A DNA stretch of 61,991 bases, the filler included, from Sphacelaria rigidula (lineage: Eukaryota): NCBI GenBank assembly GCA_964200075.2. It is 9 parts of 9 records of this genome, joined end to end, with 100 filler letters (N's around TTAATTAATTAA, not from the genome) between each part and the next. Parts side by side here need not be neighbours in the genome. Positions count along the whole stretch, not along the records: positions 55,193 to 61,991 come from CAXNAA020018029.1; 8 more parts are not named here. One strand, written 5' to 3'. A program made the translations under genes and the position numbers. Of the stretch, positions 59,870 to 61,991 are shown in pieces (the first letter of the stretch is position 1; every line of letters starts with the position of its first letter). The notes under the pieces were generated by a model that worked only from the letters and a program-made list of their open reading frames with translations, was not told the DNA's origin and ran no database searches.

Positions 59870-60174
59870 GCTCGTCAGAAATCATCGTCGAAGGGTGGCC
59901 TATGCTCTACAAGAAAGGGGAGAAATGGGGCGTATACAATGACTGCTCTTACAGCCAACTTGCAGAACTCACCCACGTTGCAATCCCTGAGAGCTCAGGA
60001 TAGAGATTGGTTCAAGAGCAAAACGCGCACCATTCCTGAGATAACGACCGATAAGTCGAACCGAAAAAGAGCTGCATCCCTGGCTGTCGTGCTGCGGGAG
60101 GTTGGGTGCAGGAGTAGATATGCGTCGGGTACAAGAGTGGAAATGCTGTTGATCAAGAGAGCAGCCAATCCCAG
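59870..60174 (+). CDS. Probable Nudix hydrolase (CoA-pyrophosphatase-like) N-terminal exon
   Basis: acag|...KRAASLAVVLRE...VEMLLIKRAANP(R)|gtggg resembles the R.AAV...LLTKR segment preceding the Nudix box. The box itself is not seen in the window. Confidence 0.5.
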
Positions 60175-60289
60175 GTGGGTGAAGAAATGGAGGTACTTGA
60201 GACTTACGATAGGGGCGGGGTTAAGCCCCGACAAATAACGCAAGCCGTACGCGTACTAAGACAAGCGCAGCCAGGCCCGTCGGAGGCGA

Positions 60290-60560
60290 AGAAAAATGCA
60301 CGGTTCGGACGAATCATCGCCGGTTCGAATCACCAAATCCACGATTTTTCAGCCCTGATTGCTCATCAAAGAGAAAAAAGTTGACCGCTGGTCAAGAAGG
60401 TCTCCACGCAACTTTTGCGCCAATGCACGTGTCTGGGCTGCGCGAATCTGGGTTGCAACACTGAAAACAAAGCCTAAGAATTGATTTGTACGGTACAAAT
60501 CAATCAGACTAAAATCAAGTAATTTCCAGACGAATGATTCATTCGTCCGCCCCTTGGAAA
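60290..60560 (+). repeat. Dispersed repeat (copy 3 of the family at 1340-1620)
   Basis: ...gggttgcaacactgaaaacaaagcctaagaattgatttgtacggtacaaatcaatca... Confidence 0.75.
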
Positions 60561-61991
60561 ATGGGTAAGACAATTTTCGACCCCTGGACCACCAGTATAG
60601 GCCATATCTTGGACCGGCATCGATGTAACCTGAAAAATCATTGCATGGCCAGAACACCTACCCTCGAGGTCAAAGGGCCAAGCATTTGCCTTGGACGCCA
60701 TGCAATCTATACCTGAGACGTGCCTATTGCCTTACACTTGCCTCGCTTTCCTTTTCGCCTCTTTTGCTGGTTTTAGTATGGCGGCGCGGCGCATTGCTCA
60801 ATGCTCATAAGCAACCGTGTTGTGTGCACGCACCAGCGGAAGAGCGACTTGGGTATGCGTAAACAGCAGAAAGCCAAAGCGCAGCAGCAAGAGCACTACA
60901 ATTTGGCACAACGCCCATACACGGGGCTAGTTTTTGTAGTGAAGTGTGAAAATCAACCAGAGGCCCTTCAGTGAGGAATCGGCGGAATCGAGCGCCGATG
61001 AAATGCGACCTCCGTGGGGAATTATGTAGCGAAAAATGCTTGTGACTGACTCGCAGACTCGAGTCACACCTGTAGTGTACGCCAGGACGGATAGAACCGC
61101 AGCAGCGAAACGAAGCTGCAAGCAGACAGCGAGTGGTACATTGCCACCACAGAGGGTCATTGCGATGCTCGTATATCGGTATAATCCCATCTTACTATGG
61201 CTGGTGGTGTCTTTCTTTGATCGCGAGCGCTGGCGCCGAGGCCGGCGGCAGCAGCCGCCATGCTGACGGGTGCAAGCAGTACCCTGGCCGTGCAGTATAT
61301 CCGCACTGTGCTGTGCGTTGCTCCTTTCATCGAAGCATGGGGTCTGGCCCAGCCGGTCGAGCGGTGTATACCGGCGCTGGTTGTGTGTCTTGACCCAGCC
61401 ATGTTCGGTATCGCGCACGTGATGGACCCGGGTAAAATGATTTTTTCAACGGACAGTTAGGTGTGTACACCGCGCTGCATTCCGACTGAATCTATATTCT
61501 ACACCGAGACGAACACAACAACCATACAGCACCTCGAACAATCTCAGCGAAGACCAAACCGTCCTCGCAAGGTCTAAACACACCATAGAACAGTGATAGC
61601 TACAGCATATACGAGACCGGACGTGAGTGTGTTTGTGTTGCAGTACAGTGAAACAGGACATGTCCCATGTTTTAGTCCTTCGCCTGATTTGAAACAGGTC
61701 CTCAGTGCTTGCCGGGTGCCGATTTTGAACTCTCGATCATAATGGCGCTTCGCGCAAAAAGTTGAATTCACTACAACATCATCCCCGTGTATGGGTGCCG
61801 TGCCTACAGTTTAGCGTGTGTGTTGTGTGCGTGTTGTCGTCCCATCTATTCTGGACGCCAGTCTGCACCTTTCGGTGTATGTGGGCGCACCAGCCGGGGT
61901 CACACAGGAAGAGGGTCAACACAGGAATTTGTTTGTTTTTTTCATTTGGTTTTAGTACGAGCTGGGCCAGCCTAAAAACGGATTTAAGCTC

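Overview
Eukaryotic, intron-rich and repeat-rich DNA, most likely from a brown alga. This assignment is inferred from the EsV-1-7 repeat protein, the long introns and the TE families. The window is not contiguous: it is nine unrelated 6,799-bp pieces joined by artificial 100-bp N/TTAATTAATTAA/N spacers, so nothing should be inferred across spacers. Host genes, all truncated by contig ends or by the window: six exons of a mitochondrial CoA-carrier (SLC25A42-like) gene with a GC-AG intron; three C-terminal exons of a NEDD4-type HECT E3 ligase; three N-terminal exons of a UDP-glucuronate-4-epimerase-like SDR gene; probable exons of a Nudix hydrolase and of a secreted protein. The standout is a single-exon gene with about 19-20 tandem 38-aa C-x4-C-x16-C-x2-H (EsV-1-7) repeats. 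It has a few hypervariable positions, a 4-unit higher-order periodicity, an NLS-like and SUMO-consensus tail, and a decaying 5' end. The rest is TE debris: two Ty3/gypsy pol remnants, a gag-like region, LINE fragments, a solo LTR with a 4-bp TSD, several MITE types, tRNA-derived SINE-like heads and a perfect 90-bp palindrome.
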